Origin: a virus
DNA length: 64,000 bases
Virus record (IMG/VR): IMGVR_UViG_3300041964_000083
Location: 1 to 64,000 of that record
Strand: one strand, 5' to 3'
This document shows, one piece after another, positions 47,313 through 57,311 of the stretch (position 1 is the first letter of the stretch; each line of letters begins with the position of its first letter). The notes beneath the pieces were generated by a model, which searched no databases, was not told the DNA's origin, and saw only the letters and a list, made by a program, of their open reading frames with translations. The position numbers were made by a program, and so were the translations under genes.

Positions 47313-48203
47313 ATGACAAGTTCAGCTTACTATCAGAGTTTTGTTGAAACAACTAATAGGGTGAGACGCGATCGCATTAAAGAACGTACTGGTCGTGTGC
47401 GTTTTACAAAAGCAAAGTGCAAAAAAGGTAAGCCTTGTGGCGATATCTGCATACCTCAAAAAGCTAAATGTAATGAAGGAAATGTTCGCCCACCTAAATC
47501 ACAAGCAAATAGCATAGCCGCAAATGCTATTAGGGGTGCGGTGGCGGTAGCTGGTTTGGCTTTAGGGGCTAAAATGATTCAAGATATACAAAAAGAAGGC
47601 GAAGAAATAAAACAAGCTAAAGAAAAAGTAGCTGCTGCTGGCAAGTACAACGAAAATTTAAATAATTGGAATAAAAAATATGCAGGTAAACAATATACCG
47701 AGTTCACAACAGAAGAATGGGAACAAGCCCGTGATGAGTTTCAAAAGAATCGAGAAGAATTTAAGCGCAAAGCTGGCTTTGACCCAGATCCAGGATTTGA
47801 TGACCGATGGAAACAATCTGTAGGTTCAGGAAAACACAAACCAGATCCCGTCAAAAACGAACAAGGTAAAGCTTATTATGACGTGTTAGGTGTGCCTAAA
47901 AATGCGTCACCTCAACAAATCAAAGCGGCTTACCGCAAGCTTGCAGCACAGCTTCATCCGGATAATCGTGAAACAGGCAACCCAGATAAGTTCAGAGAAG
48001 CGACTGAAGCTTATGAAAAAGCTCAAGCACACAAAGGTTCTGCAAGAGGCAAAGGTAATCGCAAGGATAGCGTTTGGGACGACATTGAATCTGCTTATAA
48101 TGAGGCAATAGCACAACATCCAGCAATGCCCAGTAGCTACTGGTACAACTTTTCAACATACGACCCATACAACGCTTGGCGTAAGCCACTTGATTTGCTA
48201 TGA
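47313..48203 (+). CDS. Modular cargo-family protein: Cys4 + TM + J-domain
   Basis: [18 protein letters not shown]; [12 protein letters not shown]; [22 protein letters not shown]. Confidence 0.8.
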   Translation: MTSSAYYQSFVETTNRVRRDRIKERTGRVRFTKAKCKKGKPCGDICIPQKAKCNEGNVRPPKSQANSIAANAIRGAVAVAGLALGAKMIQDIQKEGEEIKQAKEKVAAAGKYNENLNNWNKKYAGKQYTEFTTEEWEQARDEFQKNREEFKRKAGFDPDPGFDDRWKQSVGSGKHKPDPVKNEQGKAYYDVLGVPKNASPQQIKAAYRKLAAQLHPDNRETGNPDKFREATEAYEKAQAHKGSARGKGNRKDSVWDDIESAYNEAIAQHPAMPSSYWYNFSTYDPYNAWRKPLDLL

Positions 48204-48550
48204 ATAGTGCCGCTTATTACACCAGTTTTATTCAGACAACTGCTAGGGTAAGACGTGATCGTGCCTTACGTGCTAAACCCAAATGTAAACCCGGAAATAA
48301 ACCTTGTGGGCAACGCTGCATCCCACAAGAAGACATATGTCGTCAAAATAGCGCGGGTATGCGAGGAGCTATTCCTGCTGCACTAGCAGCTACGGCTGTC
48401 CTAGCAACAGCTGGAACTTTGTATGCTAAAAACAAGCAACGCCAAAAAAGTCAAACTGAAGATAAAGAACTTGACGAAGGATGGAACCGTCTAGGACATG
48501 AAAGTACTGAAATTTTGAGAAGAGTGCAAGGAAAAAAGAAAAGAAGCTAG
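48200..48550 (+). CDS. Minimal cargo-family protein: Cys4 + TM
   Basis: [22 protein letters not shown]; [19 protein letters not shown]. Confidence 0.7.
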   Translation: MNSAAYYTSFIQTTARVRRDRALRAKPKCKPGNKPCGQRCIPQEDICRQNSAGMRGAIPAALAATAVLATAGTLYAKNKQRQKSQTEDKELDEGWNRLGHESTEILRRVQGKKKRS

Positions 48551-48568
48551 TTTTGAGTTATCTTTACA

Positions 48569-49318
48569 GTGCCAAAGCGACCAGAATATTTAAACCAACC
48601 ATTTCAGGAAGCAATTGATTACTTTAAAGACAAAGTACCTTTTCCAACGCAACGTGGGCAGAAAGTGCCTGAAGGTTTCCACGACCACGCTTTCACTATC
48701 ACAGGACTTACCAAAGGCAGTTTACTAGAAGATGCCAAGTGGCTTATTGAACGGGCAATGGAAGACGGTACAGGACTAGACGACTTCACCCGTCAATTTA
48801 ATCGCTTAATTGGGCGCAAGGGATGGCAACCTGGTGATCGCCGCATTCAAACTATTTTTGACACTAATATTCGTCGCAGTTATAGTGCAGGACGGCGTGA
48901 GCAAATGCTTGACCCCGACATAGCTGATCGTCGTCCGGGTTGGATGTGGATTCATAGGACGCCAGGGAAAGAAGAAGGTGGAACACCCAGACTACACCAC
49001 CAAGCGTTGCATCGCAAAGTATTTAGGAATACTGAGACATTTTGGGATAAAGCCTTTGCTCCCTGCGGATTTGGCTGTCGCTGTACTGTTATGACGTTAA
49101 GCGAGAAACAAATGGAACGCATGGGTGTTACGTATGAAACTCCACCTAATCCTAATACCATTGCAGAACCTGGGTTTAGGAGTGCCGCAGGTTCATCGCC
49201 TAAAGAATCGCGACAACAAATCCTAAAAGACGGATTAACGGGTCTTTCTCCTAGCATTAGAGAAGTGGTGGAAAAAGACCTTAGCGCCAAAGGAGTTTTG
49301 GACGATGGTAACGATTAG
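48569..49318 (+). CDS. Phage Mu F-like minor head morphogenesis protein
   Basis: PFQEAIDYF..K, AFTITG, RIQTIFDTN, R..H..L, FW....PCGFGCRC. Confidence 0.88.
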   Translation: MPKRPEYLNQPFQEAIDYFKDKVPFPTQRGQKVPEGFHDHAFTITGLTKGSLLEDAKWLIERAMEDGTGLDDFTRQFNRLIGRKGWQPGDRRIQTIFDTNIRRSYSAGRREQMLDPDIADRRPGWMWIHRTPGKEEGGTPRLHHQALHRKVFRNTETFWDKAFAPCGFGCRCTVMTLSEKQMERMGVTYETPPNPNTIAEPGFRSAAGSSPKESRQQILKDGLTGLSPSIREVVEKDLSAKGVLDDGND

Positions 49319-49760
49319 TGCTGCAATAAGCGATCGCGAACTCAAAGATAAACTTACCCAACTTCAGCAGGTTACAGCCGATTTAGGTAAACTCAAGCTT
49401 GTTGTAGGAACTCCTATCAAATACATGAAACAGCATCAGTTAGGTACAAATGGAATGACAAAACGAGAGTTTTTGGGGATTAGTCGAACTGATCGCCAAG
49501 AAATAATTGAAATTTTTGATGATGCTATAGCCGAGCCTGTACCAAGAGGTGCTGAAATTGCTTTACGTGAATGCGGTGAAACGTTACTCCTAAGTATAGA
49601 TACCCGTTGGGATAGAGAAATTGCGCCAGATGGTACACCTTGGAAGAAAAACACACCTTACACAAGAAGGTTAAAAAAAGCCAAAGGACGAATACTAAAA
49701 ACATTGCAATCTACAGGTCTAGCACGCGCAAGCATTAACTACCAAATCATTCGTGAGTAA
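49305..49760 (+). CDS. Mu gpG-like virion morphogenesis protein, apparently permuted
   Basis: VGT..Y...HQLG..REFLGIS precedes PDGTPW...L..TG...SI. Confidence 0.7.
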   Translation: MVTISAAISDRELKDKLTQLQQVTADLGKLKLVVGTPIKYMKQHQLGTNGMTKREFLGISRTDRQEIIEIFDDAIAEPVPRGAEIALRECGETLLLSIDTRWDREIAPDGTPWKKNTPYTRRLKKAKGRILKTLQSTGLARASINYQIIRE

Positions 49761-50282
49761 GTCACAAAGAGCATCATCTAACTGCTTAAATTCCTCACAC
49801 TCTCGCAGTATTCGTGCGATCGCCCACACCTCAAGCAAATAAATTCGGACGAAGCCTGATTCAATTCGCCACAACAAAGCAGCGTCTATTCCTGTTCGTC
49901 TTGACAGTTCGTTTCTATTTATTCCAACGTTCAGTCTAGACTTGCAAATTAAAACACCTGTTTGTTTATGGATATCACGAGTTCCGTGATTTCCTTTGGG
50001 AAAATGTGTATCTAAAACTAATTTAAGCTGTGCAATTTCAGGTGAATACACACTAAACAGGCTAGCAATATCCTTGACTTCAAATAAATCTAATTTTCTG
50101 ATTCCATGTTCTATATATTCAACGCTAGTGCGATTTAGGTTAATTAATTCCCCTAGTTTTTCTTGCGTAATTATGTTTCGATGATTACGCCGACGCAGGT
50201 TATAGATAATTTTCCCCAATGCTTTATATGGGTTCACACCTAAATAGGATATATTTTTTTCTGAGATTTTACGCTGCATCAC
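49719..50282 (-). CDS. Tandem XRE HTH regulator
   Basis: ITQEKLGELINLNRTSVEYIEHG and INRNELSRRTGID...WRIESG. Confidence 0.75.
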   Translation of the reverse strand: MMQRKISEKNISYLGVNPYKALGKIIYNLRRRNHRNIITQEKLGELINLNRTSVEYIEHGIRKLDLFEVKDIASLFSVYSPEIAQLKLVLDTHFPKGNHGTRDIHKQTGVLICKSRLNVGINRNELSRRTGIDAALLWRIESGFVRIYLLEVWAIARILRECEEFKQLDDALCDLLTNDLVVNACAC

Positions 50283-50409
50283 AGTTCAACTACTAATACC
50301 CATCCTCACTTTAATTCGATAAAACCTGCTTAAGTGATGCAAAACTGAGTAGTTCCACCAATTTGCTTGTTGAAATCTTTAGTATTTAGCTAGCGATTTT
50401 ATAAGTATT

Positions 50410-51969
50410 TTGGTGGCTACACGCTACGACTCAGGCAAACTTCGTAAAGCTCATAAAACTGCCGAAGGCGCATTGTTTTCGGAAGCTATTTATGCGCGAG
50501 ATGGCGTTTTAGAGTATCGCCTTCCCAACGGTGGGACAAGGCGAGAACTTCGCTTACCAGAAACCAACTACGACGAGGAAACGCTGACTAGTTACGGCTC
50601 AAAACCTATAACGGTCGAGCATCCACCTGTTTTAGTGACAGCGGATAATGCAAAAACTTATCAAGTTGGAGCATCAGATGCTGAACCAATGTATGAACGT
50701 CGCTACGAAAAGGGTTTTGTTGGCGGCATTGTTCGTATTTGGCATAGCGATGGCGTGAATGCTGTTGAGTGCAATGGGAAGAAAGAAGTATCCATTGGTT
50801 ACACCTGTGACATTGAACCCGTTGGTGGCATCTACTACCCAAAAACAGGCACTTATGTTGTTACCGATGCTGCTCCAGATAAGGGTGGTGAACGATTTGA
50901 CGCCATTCAGCGCAACGTTCGCGTAAACCATATTGCACTTACTTCTAAAGGTCGTGCTGGTCCAGAAGTCTGCTTGCGAATTGATAGCGAAGACGATGAT
51001 GTTGCCATCCTTGCCAAACCGTTTGAATTTCGCAAAGACGAATATGTAATTCCTGATTCTCCTTTACCTACTACTAACTCACCCACAAAACGCATGGCTG
51101 TCATCCGTATCGACAACATGGATTTTTCTGATGTGCCGGAAACTGTTGCGGTACTGATGAACCAAAAACTCAACGCTCTTGTAGAGCTTCAATCTCGCAA
51201 AGACGCTTTAGAGATTCAATTTCAAGAGCGCGAAGAACAACTCGATGAATTGCGAGAACAAGTAGACGAAGTTGCCGACGAGCGCGATCGCGAACGTGGT
51301 AGGGCTGACGCTTTAGAAATTCAACTCGCTGAAGCTGAAAGTAGGCAAGATGCTGCGATGCCATACAAAGGCAAGAAAAAAGGCAAAGCTCCCATTGTTG
51401 AGGTTGACGAAGACGAAGATTTTGACCCAGATGATATCGACGAGCTGGGTGACGATGACGAAGCTGACGATGAGGACGATGACGAAGATATGGAACCTAC
51501 GCCAATACCAAAGAAAAAAGGGGGACGGAAGGATTCTGATTTTGTTGATGTTGACCCTCATCAGCTGTTTGTTGCTTACGTTGATGCCAACAAAATTGTC
51601 CCTGGTTTGATTTCTGAAGACAAACTTGATTCGTTTGCCACACCTACCGATGTTCGTCGGCTGGCTATAGAAACGCTTAATCCCGATATTGACTTAACAA
51701 ATCGGAGTGATGCCTATGTTGATGGGGTTTATGACTTTATCAAATCTCAAAAGCTTCAAACTACCGAACAGTACCCGGAGCAGCTAGAACGTAACGACAG
51801 TATTAACACTACTTCCTATATCGGTTCTCATACACCACCTAGCGAAATTCAAACTGCGATCGCGCAAGCTCGCTCAAATAGCACTCCTACTTCCCCGCTG
51901 CAAGGTGCAGCAGAAAAGCAACGCGACCTCTACATGAATTCTTGGAACAAACCCCTCGACTTGGTTTAA
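50410..51969 (+). CDS. DUF2213-type prohead protease / scaffold
   Basis: ARDGVLEY...ELR.PE...PITVEHP, EVSIGY, DAIQRNVRVNHIAL..KGRAG...RID; acidic coiled-coil scaffold tail with RSDAY. Confidence 0.85.
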   Translation: MVATRYDSGKLRKAHKTAEGALFSEAIYARDGVLEYRLPNGGTRRELRLPETNYDEETLTSYGSKPITVEHPPVLVTADNAKTYQVGASDAEPMYERRYEKGFVGGIVRIWHSDGVNAVECNGKKEVSIGYTCDIEPVGGIYYPKTGTYVVTDAAPDKGGERFDAIQRNVRVNHIALTSKGRAGPEVCLRIDSEDDDVAILAKPFEFRKDEYVIPDSPLPTTNSPTKRMAVIRIDNMDFSDVPETVAVLMNQKLNALVELQSRKDALEIQFQEREEQLDELREQVDEVADERDRERGRADALEIQLAEAESRQDAAMPYKGKKKGKAPIVEVDEDEDFDPDDIDELGDDDEADDEDDDEDMEPTPIPKKKGGRKDSDFVDVDPHQLFVAYVDANKIVPGLISEDKLDSFATPTDVRRLAIETLNPDIDLTNRSDAYVDGVYDFIKSQKLQTTEQYPEQLERNDSINTTSYIGSHTPPSEIQTAIAQARSNSTPTSPLQGAAEKQRDLYMNSWNKPLDLV

Positions 51970-51972
51970 ATT

Positions 51973-52848
51973 ATGGCTGAATTCTTTCCCACACATAACC
52001 CAGTCGGAGGGCAAACCGACTATCGCACTGATATGTTTGTTGCCTTACCCGGAATGCTTTCCGGTATGGGTAGCTCACGTATTCTCCCTCACGTTAATGA
52101 CGTTGGTGCTGTTGACACGTACACAATAACCACTGGCGCAGTTACAGCAAACACCGAATACAGCGCAATGATTCAAGGGCAACGCATCAGTTATATGTCA
52201 GATGCTGATCCGACTATTGCTGAAGTCATTACTGGAATCTACAACGAGATTAGGTTAAAACCTACGGTGTATCGTCTTGCCGACTTGACTAAAAACGATA
52301 CAACCAACACGCTTACACTAACTGGACGCATTCAAGGCGTACCGTTAAGCATTACGGGGCAAGGACTAACCGTTACCAAAGTGGTAACGGGTTCTAACCT
52401 ATGTGACGCATCTAATCTTGTCATTCCCTTCGGTCGTTTTGTTGGTCGAAAAACCGATTACAAACTCGACCCGCGTGAAGGTGTGAGTTCAGCAACATTG
52501 ATTGACTCGCTCACTGACGAAATCTTGGGCATCACCAAACGTACTCATCACACCGAACAAGTTGGGTATTTCCACTGCGCTCAAAGTGGATATATGTTCG
52601 GGGACACCATGAACGTCATGGAAGACACCGGAACGATTAAGGGTATCTGGACAGAGTGTGTTGAAGCTGATTTAAAGATTGGCGAGAAAGCCTATTGCGC
52701 GATCGCACCCGGTTTAAAAGGCAAGCTCACTCGCGACACTACGGGCAAAGACATTTCTGCAATGTGCCGAATTGTGGGAGCAACCGAACCTACGGTTGGC
52801 GGACTTTTCATGGCGTTATGCCAGTTCAACCGCTACGGAACTTGGTAG
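51973..52848 (+). CDS. Head decoration / cement-like structural protein
   Basis: Between scaffold and capsid; ALPGM..., IPFGRFV, GIW. Confidence 0.6.
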   Translation: MAEFFPTHNPVGGQTDYRTDMFVALPGMLSGMGSSRILPHVNDVGAVDTYTITTGAVTANTEYSAMIQGQRISYMSDADPTIAEVITGIYNEIRLKPTVYRLADLTKNDTTNTLTLTGRIQGVPLSITGQGLTVTKVVTGSNLCDASNLVIPFGRFVGRKTDYKLDPREGVSSATLIDSLTDEILGITKRTHHTEQVGYFHCAQSGYMFGDTMNVMEDTGTIKGIWTECVEADLKIGEKAYCAIAPGLKGKLTRDTTGKDISAMCRIVGATEPTVGGLFMALCQFNRYGTW

Positions 52849-52889
52849 GCAAAACAGCTAATAACGAACGACTAACAACCAATAATTAA

Positions 52890-53825
52890 ATGGCAATCAA
52901 ATCCTATCAAGCTGAACTTAGAACCGACTCTCCAGGCGTCATGGCATTTGCTCGTGACCTTGAGTACAAAGAAGCTAGGGTAATCGAGCAAGTTTATCCG
53001 GAGAAAAAAGCCGCCAACGGCTTGATGATTCAAATTGAAGAGGTCGAGATGCCGTGGGCGCTCTCCACCAGCTTCCGCATGACAGATGGAGTTGGTAGCT
53101 TCGAGCTAGCCGACGACTTCACCACCAACCTCCCATTCGTGGATATGGTGGCTACCGAATTCAAGAACGATGTTAAATCTTATCGTTCTGGCTACTACTA
53201 CTCCGAAAAAGAAGTAGCAGCTTTTAATCACTTAGGCTTACCTATTGATGAACAAAAGATTGCGCTAGTTCGTAAGGCTTATGTTCAAACACTCAATAGG
53301 CTAATACTGTTTGGCGATCGCAAGACGGGAATGCCGGGATTTGTTAACCATCCTGCGTTCTTGCGTTCAATCTCTCCCTATAAACTCGACGGTTCTGTAG
53401 GAAATGCCAACCAGCTTATCTCCGCACTTACATTTGGGATGAGTGCTGTATCTGACTCTACAATCGACGCGCTCGAATGTGACACCATCTGGCTTCCACG
53501 TAAACAGTTTACGTTTATGAACTCCCAAGCCCGGATGGATGGTGCTCTGGAAAAAACTGTACTCAAGTTCTTTAAGGAGAACAACACTAACCCAAACGTT
53601 CAGATCGGCTGGATGCGGGAATTAGAAGGTTGTGGACCTAACGGGGAAGACGTAGCACTCTTCTACTCTAGAAACCCCATGTATGTAAAGGCGCGTATTA
53701 CTGACCCCTTCCGCTTCCGTCAGCTGATGGTCTACCCGTTCATGCTGTATCGCCCTGTGGCGTTTGATTGGAACGGCATCCAAGTTTACAACCCCTACTC
53801 CGTTCATGTCATGATCGGAGTTTAA
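52890..53825 (+). CDS. Major capsid protein (DUF2184 / HK97-fold type)
   Basis: FARDLEY...YP, Y.YS..E, LFGD..TGM.GFVNHP, G..VY.P; position after decoration gene. Confidence 0.85.
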   Translation: MAIKSYQAELRTDSPGVMAFARDLEYKEARVIEQVYPEKKAANGLMIQIEEVEMPWALSTSFRMTDGVGSFELADDFTTNLPFVDMVATEFKNDVKSYRSGYYYSEKEVAAFNHLGLPIDEQKIALVRKAYVQTLNRLILFGDRKTGMPGFVNHPAFLRSISPYKLDGSVGNANQLISALTFGMSAVSDSTIDALECDTIWLPRKQFTFMNSQARMDGALEKTVLKFFKENNTNPNVQIGWMRELEGCGPNGEDVALFYSRNPMYVKARITDPFRFRQLMVYPFMLYRPVAFDWNGIQVYNPYSVHVMIGV

Positions 53826-53832
53826 TCCTATA

Positions 53833-53856
53833 GTACTCACTACTCACTACTCAGCA
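53833..53856. repeat. STRR-like heptamer repeat TACTCAC x3
   Basis: tactcac tactcac tactcag after the capsid stop. Confidence 0.5.
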
Positions 53857-53870
53857 CCAACGACTAAACA

Positions 53871-54398
53871 ATGCCTGAAACAGAATCTAAAGTACAAGTT
53901 AAAGTTGTCGAAAAACGACTACCCGAATATTACGCAGTGGCACATCGTCCTAAACTCGATCAACCTCAGCGTATGGGACATCTCATTTTTGCTTACCCAA
54001 AAGAAAATGAGTTTGAGTTTAACAAAAATGTCCAAACCCAAGTCTTGATGGGTGTTTTAACCTTAAAAGAGGGATGTACGTTTGTTGACTACGCAATTTG
54101 GCAAGCTGCCATGTCCTTTCCACAGAATCAGAAAGAAGTGGAACGAATGCAGGGTGTAGGTGCGATCGCAATCTTCATACCTAACGCAGAAACTACATCA
54201 CGCGACAGCACCGATTTTACGACTATTGGTGCTGCGGTATCCGTGATTGGCTTCTGTAATGATTTGAGTTGGCTAGAGAAGTCTAGGAATCGGGACAAGC
54301 GCTTAGAAATTGATAAAGCGATCGCAGCGCGGCTAGAACAAGTTGCAGAAAAGACCAAGAACCCACAACAATCGTTTCCAGTAGGTTCATTTATCTAG
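53871..54398 (+). CDS. Hypothetical head-region protein
   Basis: After capsid; ends DKR..I.KAI..RL. Confidence 0.6.
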   Translation: MPETESKVQVKVVEKRLPEYYAVAHRPKLDQPQRMGHLIFAYPKENEFEFNKNVQTQVLMGVLTLKEGCTFVDYAIWQAAMSFPQNQKEVERMQGVGAIAIFIPNAETTSRDSTDFTTIGAAVSVIGFCNDLSWLEKSRNRDKRLEIDKAIAARLEQVAEKTKNPQQSFPVGSFI

Positions 54399-54406
54399 GT
54401 TAAATC

Positions 54407-54607
54407 ATGGTACTTAACATCAAATCTAAGGAATTACCTTTTGATCTCGTTGGCGATCAGGTTCGTTATCCTAACGGGCAGTTAGAGCCTGTTAATGGTA
54501 CACATTTGGCATTGGTTCAAATATTTCTACTCAAAGAAATACTAGCTGAACAAAAAAAGTCAAATGAAACACCTGAGCCGTCTCCACCAGCAACCAAAAC
54601 AAAATAG
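54407..54607 (+). CDS. Hypothetical protein
   Basis: 66-aa ORF. Confidence 0.5.
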   Translation: MVLNIKSKELPFDLVGDQVRYPNGQLEPVNGTHLALVQIFLLKEILAEQKKSNETPEPSPPATKTK

Positions 54608-54646
54608 TATAAATTAACGTAATTTTGACAACGCATCGTTGTCAGT

Positions 54647-54832
54647 TTGATTTTTATGACTACTCAACAAGACAGAGAACACGCACAGAAGTTACTCGAT
54701 ATTCGTAATGCCGGACGCCCCAAGCGCACTATTGTCGGCAATACATTGGTAATTACCAACGGTTCAGATACGATCAATTTATCCATGTTTACCAGCAACG
54801 TTCAGTCAGAACGAACGGCAATATTCCGATGA
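54647..54832 (+). CDS. Hypothetical protein
   Basis: Short ORF with ATGA overlap; preceded by palindrome copy 54626-54644. Confidence 0.45.
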   Translation: MIFMTTQQDREHAQKLLDIRNAGRPKRTIVGNTLVITNGSDTINLSMFTSNVQSERTAIFR

Positions 54833-55248
54833 CTCGTGAAGAATTTCTACTCAGCTATCCTGAGTTTGCTCGTCTGAGAGCTTCTATAATTACAAGCACT
54901 ATAACGCTTGCTGAAATAAGCTGCCCTGTTGCCAAATGGGGGACAATGCAGCCGATCGCGGTTGGGTTATTTACAGCGCACACGCTATCAGCACGCTACA
55001 ACCAACTATCAGTCACTGCTTCAACAGCCGGTGCGATCGCGGCAGGCAATCAGGTGAGTTTTCCATCTGTTCCGACTAGTGGTGGTAGTGGTGCTGAGGA
55101 TGATGCGTTCTTGGGGATGACAACTTATGGTGTTCGGCTCAAACAGTACAAAGATCAGCTTGGAGAATTAGCAAAGCTAGGTATGTTAGGCGATGAAGCC
55201 AAGGGTTATCAAGAATCTGTATCGGCTAATACAGGATTTGCTTTCTGA
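54829..55248 (+). CDS. DUF4054-like head-tail adaptor
   Basis: F...YPEF...L.TAH.L...TTYG. Confidence 0.75.
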   Translation: MTREEFLLSYPEFARLRASIITSTITLAEISCPVAKWGTMQPIAVGLFTAHTLSARYNQLSVTASTAGAIAAGNQVSFPSVPTSGGSGAEDDAFLGMTTYGVRLKQYKDQLGELAKLGMLGDEAKGYQESVSANTGFAF

Positions 55249-55667
55249 TGTGGGGAGAACATCTCAGTGACATGATTGGGTTAAGAGATGAGCTAGCAGC
55301 TGAAGCTGAAGGACTCGACACAATTCGATCGCTTATCATCCGTCGTCGTAATCGAGACGATGAAACATTCCTGGAAATAACACCTAAGCCCCACATTACC
55401 TACACATCGCCACAAGAGAAGGGGTTAGAAGGCGCTACTCAAATTCAAGCCGCTAACCAGCAATTTCAGGTAAAGGGTATTAGTAAACGGTATTTGTACG
55501 GGGATTTAGTTGGGCAGCGACTTGACTATTGGATAGATGGCGTTGTTGTAGACGAACAGCTTACCGAAGGTATTCAGTGTAGCTTTGTCTCGATTGAGGA
55601 GAAGAGTACTACGTGGGATATGGTGTTAGAGAGCAAAATAGGAGAGCAGCAAGTCTATGTTTATTGA
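55248..55667 (+). CDS. Putative head-closure protein
   Basis: Position after adaptor; TGATG coupling. Confidence 0.5.
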   Translation: MWGEHLSDMIGLRDELAAEAEGLDTIRSLIIRRRNRDDETFLEITPKPHITYTSPQEKGLEGATQIQAANQQFQVKGISKRYLYGDLVGQRLDYWIDGVVVDEQLTEGIQCSFVSIEEKSTTWDMVLESKIGEQQVYVY

Positions 55668-55872
55668 CGACTCACACCTTAAGAAATCGCTATTTAGTGA
55701 CATCTGCACCAAATGCAAGCACTTAGACTTAGAATCTGCCAAAACAGATAAGAAAATCTGTACAGCATTCCCCGATGGTATCCCATTTGAAATATGGTCG
55801 GGTAAGAATGACCACAAGAAACCCTATCCAGGTGATCGCGGTATTCAATTTAAGCTCAAAACCATTAAATGA
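55657..55872 (+). CDS. Small Cys/His-rich phage protein
   Basis: CTKCKH...[25 protein letters not shown]. Confidence 0.65.
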   Translation: MFIDDSHLKKSLFSDICTKCKHLDLESAKTDKKICTAFPDGIPFEIWSGKNDHKKPYPGDRGIQFKLKTIK

Positions 55873-57311
55873 ACGCAGCAACTCTCCCTAAACTTAGCCC
55901 TCAGCAACGCATTCGATTAATGCTCAAGCGTGTTATCGAGAGCGGATTTACGTCAGGGATTAATGGGGTGTTGAGTTTTGATTTGGAAGAAGATGGAAAG
56001 ATAACGGGAAAGTTTTTAGAGAATCGTCAGGTTTATGACTTCGCGATTACACCTAACAATATTTTGAGTTATGTAGAATCAAAAGTTAGGAGTGATGCTT
56101 ACCTTATTGGCTACTACGGAGATAGCGGTTTATTAAAATATGGAGCAAGACTAGACACAAGTAGTAGCAAGCGTCGTTGTGTAGCAGGTAAGCCATGCGG
56201 AAAGACTTGTATTACCAAAGGCAAGAAGTGTTCGATTAAGCTTGGCAATGTCGCAGCTAAAACAATGGGTGCAATTCGCACTCAATTAAAATCTGCACCG
56301 CCTGACACAAATAAGCAAGATGTTGCCAAAAAATATAATGTAACTCCATTAATAGCAGCCGGTGCTATAGCAGGTGCTGCTGTAATTGGGATGTCCGCAG
56401 CTAGCTATATGGCATTTCGTTCTGAATATCGAGAAGGATTTAAGGAGTCTGCCGAAAAGGTAAAAACAGCTGTTAAAGAGAAGCTTGACAAGGATTCTGA
56501 TACTACACCGCTTAAGACAGGCTTGAATGGTGACAAAGACATTGATGCTGATGAAATAACACTTGTTGTTGGTGGTTTTGCTGGACAAGATGGAAAAAAT
56601 TCTGAAAAATGGGCAAAACAATTACTAGGTAATGATGGATTATTTGATAATCATTATGTAGAGCCTATTGAAAATAAAGAATTTGATGTAGATTTTCAAG
56701 AACATATTGAAAACACTAAAAAAGGTCAGTTTAGTCCTGGAACAATTACAGGAAATAATAAAATTTTAGCAATGGAAATGTCTTGGGCAAAGATGCTCAA
56801 TACAGCTATTGGTAAAAAACATAACCCTGTTTCAGTGAACCTTGCAACCCAAGCTTATTATTATCACCAAAAATATCCAGATAAACCTATTAACTTGATG
56901 GGTTATTCGGCGGGTGGGATGGTTACACACGAAGCTGCGGAGATATTAAAAGAGTTGGGTGTTACTAAAAATGTAAAAACCGCTAATTTTGGTAGCCCTT
57001 ATTGGGGGTTGACAGAAAAAGTTGGAGATTCAATTACATTTGCATCTGATAACGATCAGAATATGACAGGAATGCCCATTCGCGATCGCGTAGAAGTAAG
57101 TTCAGTACATAATCATTTTGATTATTTAAAAAACCCTACGGTTAGAAAACAACTCAAAGGATTCTTGGGTGGTAAAGCCGTATCTGGTGAAAAAATTAGC
57201 AAAGAGCAAGAAGAGCGCATTAAAAAAGCTCAGTCACGACGGGAAAAACGTAATCCTGAAGAATTGAAGCGAAAATTAGAAGAGCGCAATAGACGGAGAA
57301 AACAAAACTAA
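55869..57311 (+). CDS. Modular cargo-family protein: N domain + Cys4 + TM + alpha/beta hydrolase
   Basis: RSDAYLIGY; [21 protein letters not shown]; VGGF; GYSAGG; FGSP; D...H. Confidence 0.8.
   Translation: MNAATLPKLSPQQRIRLMLKRVIESGFTSGINGVLSFDLEEDGKITGKFLENRQVYDFAITPNNILSYVESKVRSDAYLIGYYGDSGLLKYGARLDTSSSKRRCVAGKPCGKTCITKGKKCSIKLGNVAAKTMGAIRTQLKSAPPDTNKQDVAKKYNVTPLIAAGAIAGAAVIGMSAASYMAFRSEYREGFKESAEKVKTAVKEKLDKDSDTTPLKTGLNGDKDIDADEITLVVGGFAGQDGKNSEKWAKQLLGNDGLFDNHYVEPIENKEFDVDFQEHIENTKKGQFSPGTITGNNKILAMEMSWAKMLNTAIGKKHNPVSVNLATQAYYYHQKYPDKPINLMGYSAGGMVTHEAAEILKELGVTKNVKTANFGSPYWGLTEKVGDSITFASDNDQNMTGMPIRDRVEVSSVHNHFDYLKNPTVRKQLKGFLGGKAVSGEKISKEQEERIKKAQSRREKRNPEELKRKLEERNRRRKQN

Noticed and set aside
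52890-53825. Encapsulin nanocompartment
   Set aside because: Context (protease/scaffold, decoration, adaptor, MuF, lysis genes) indicates a true phage capsid
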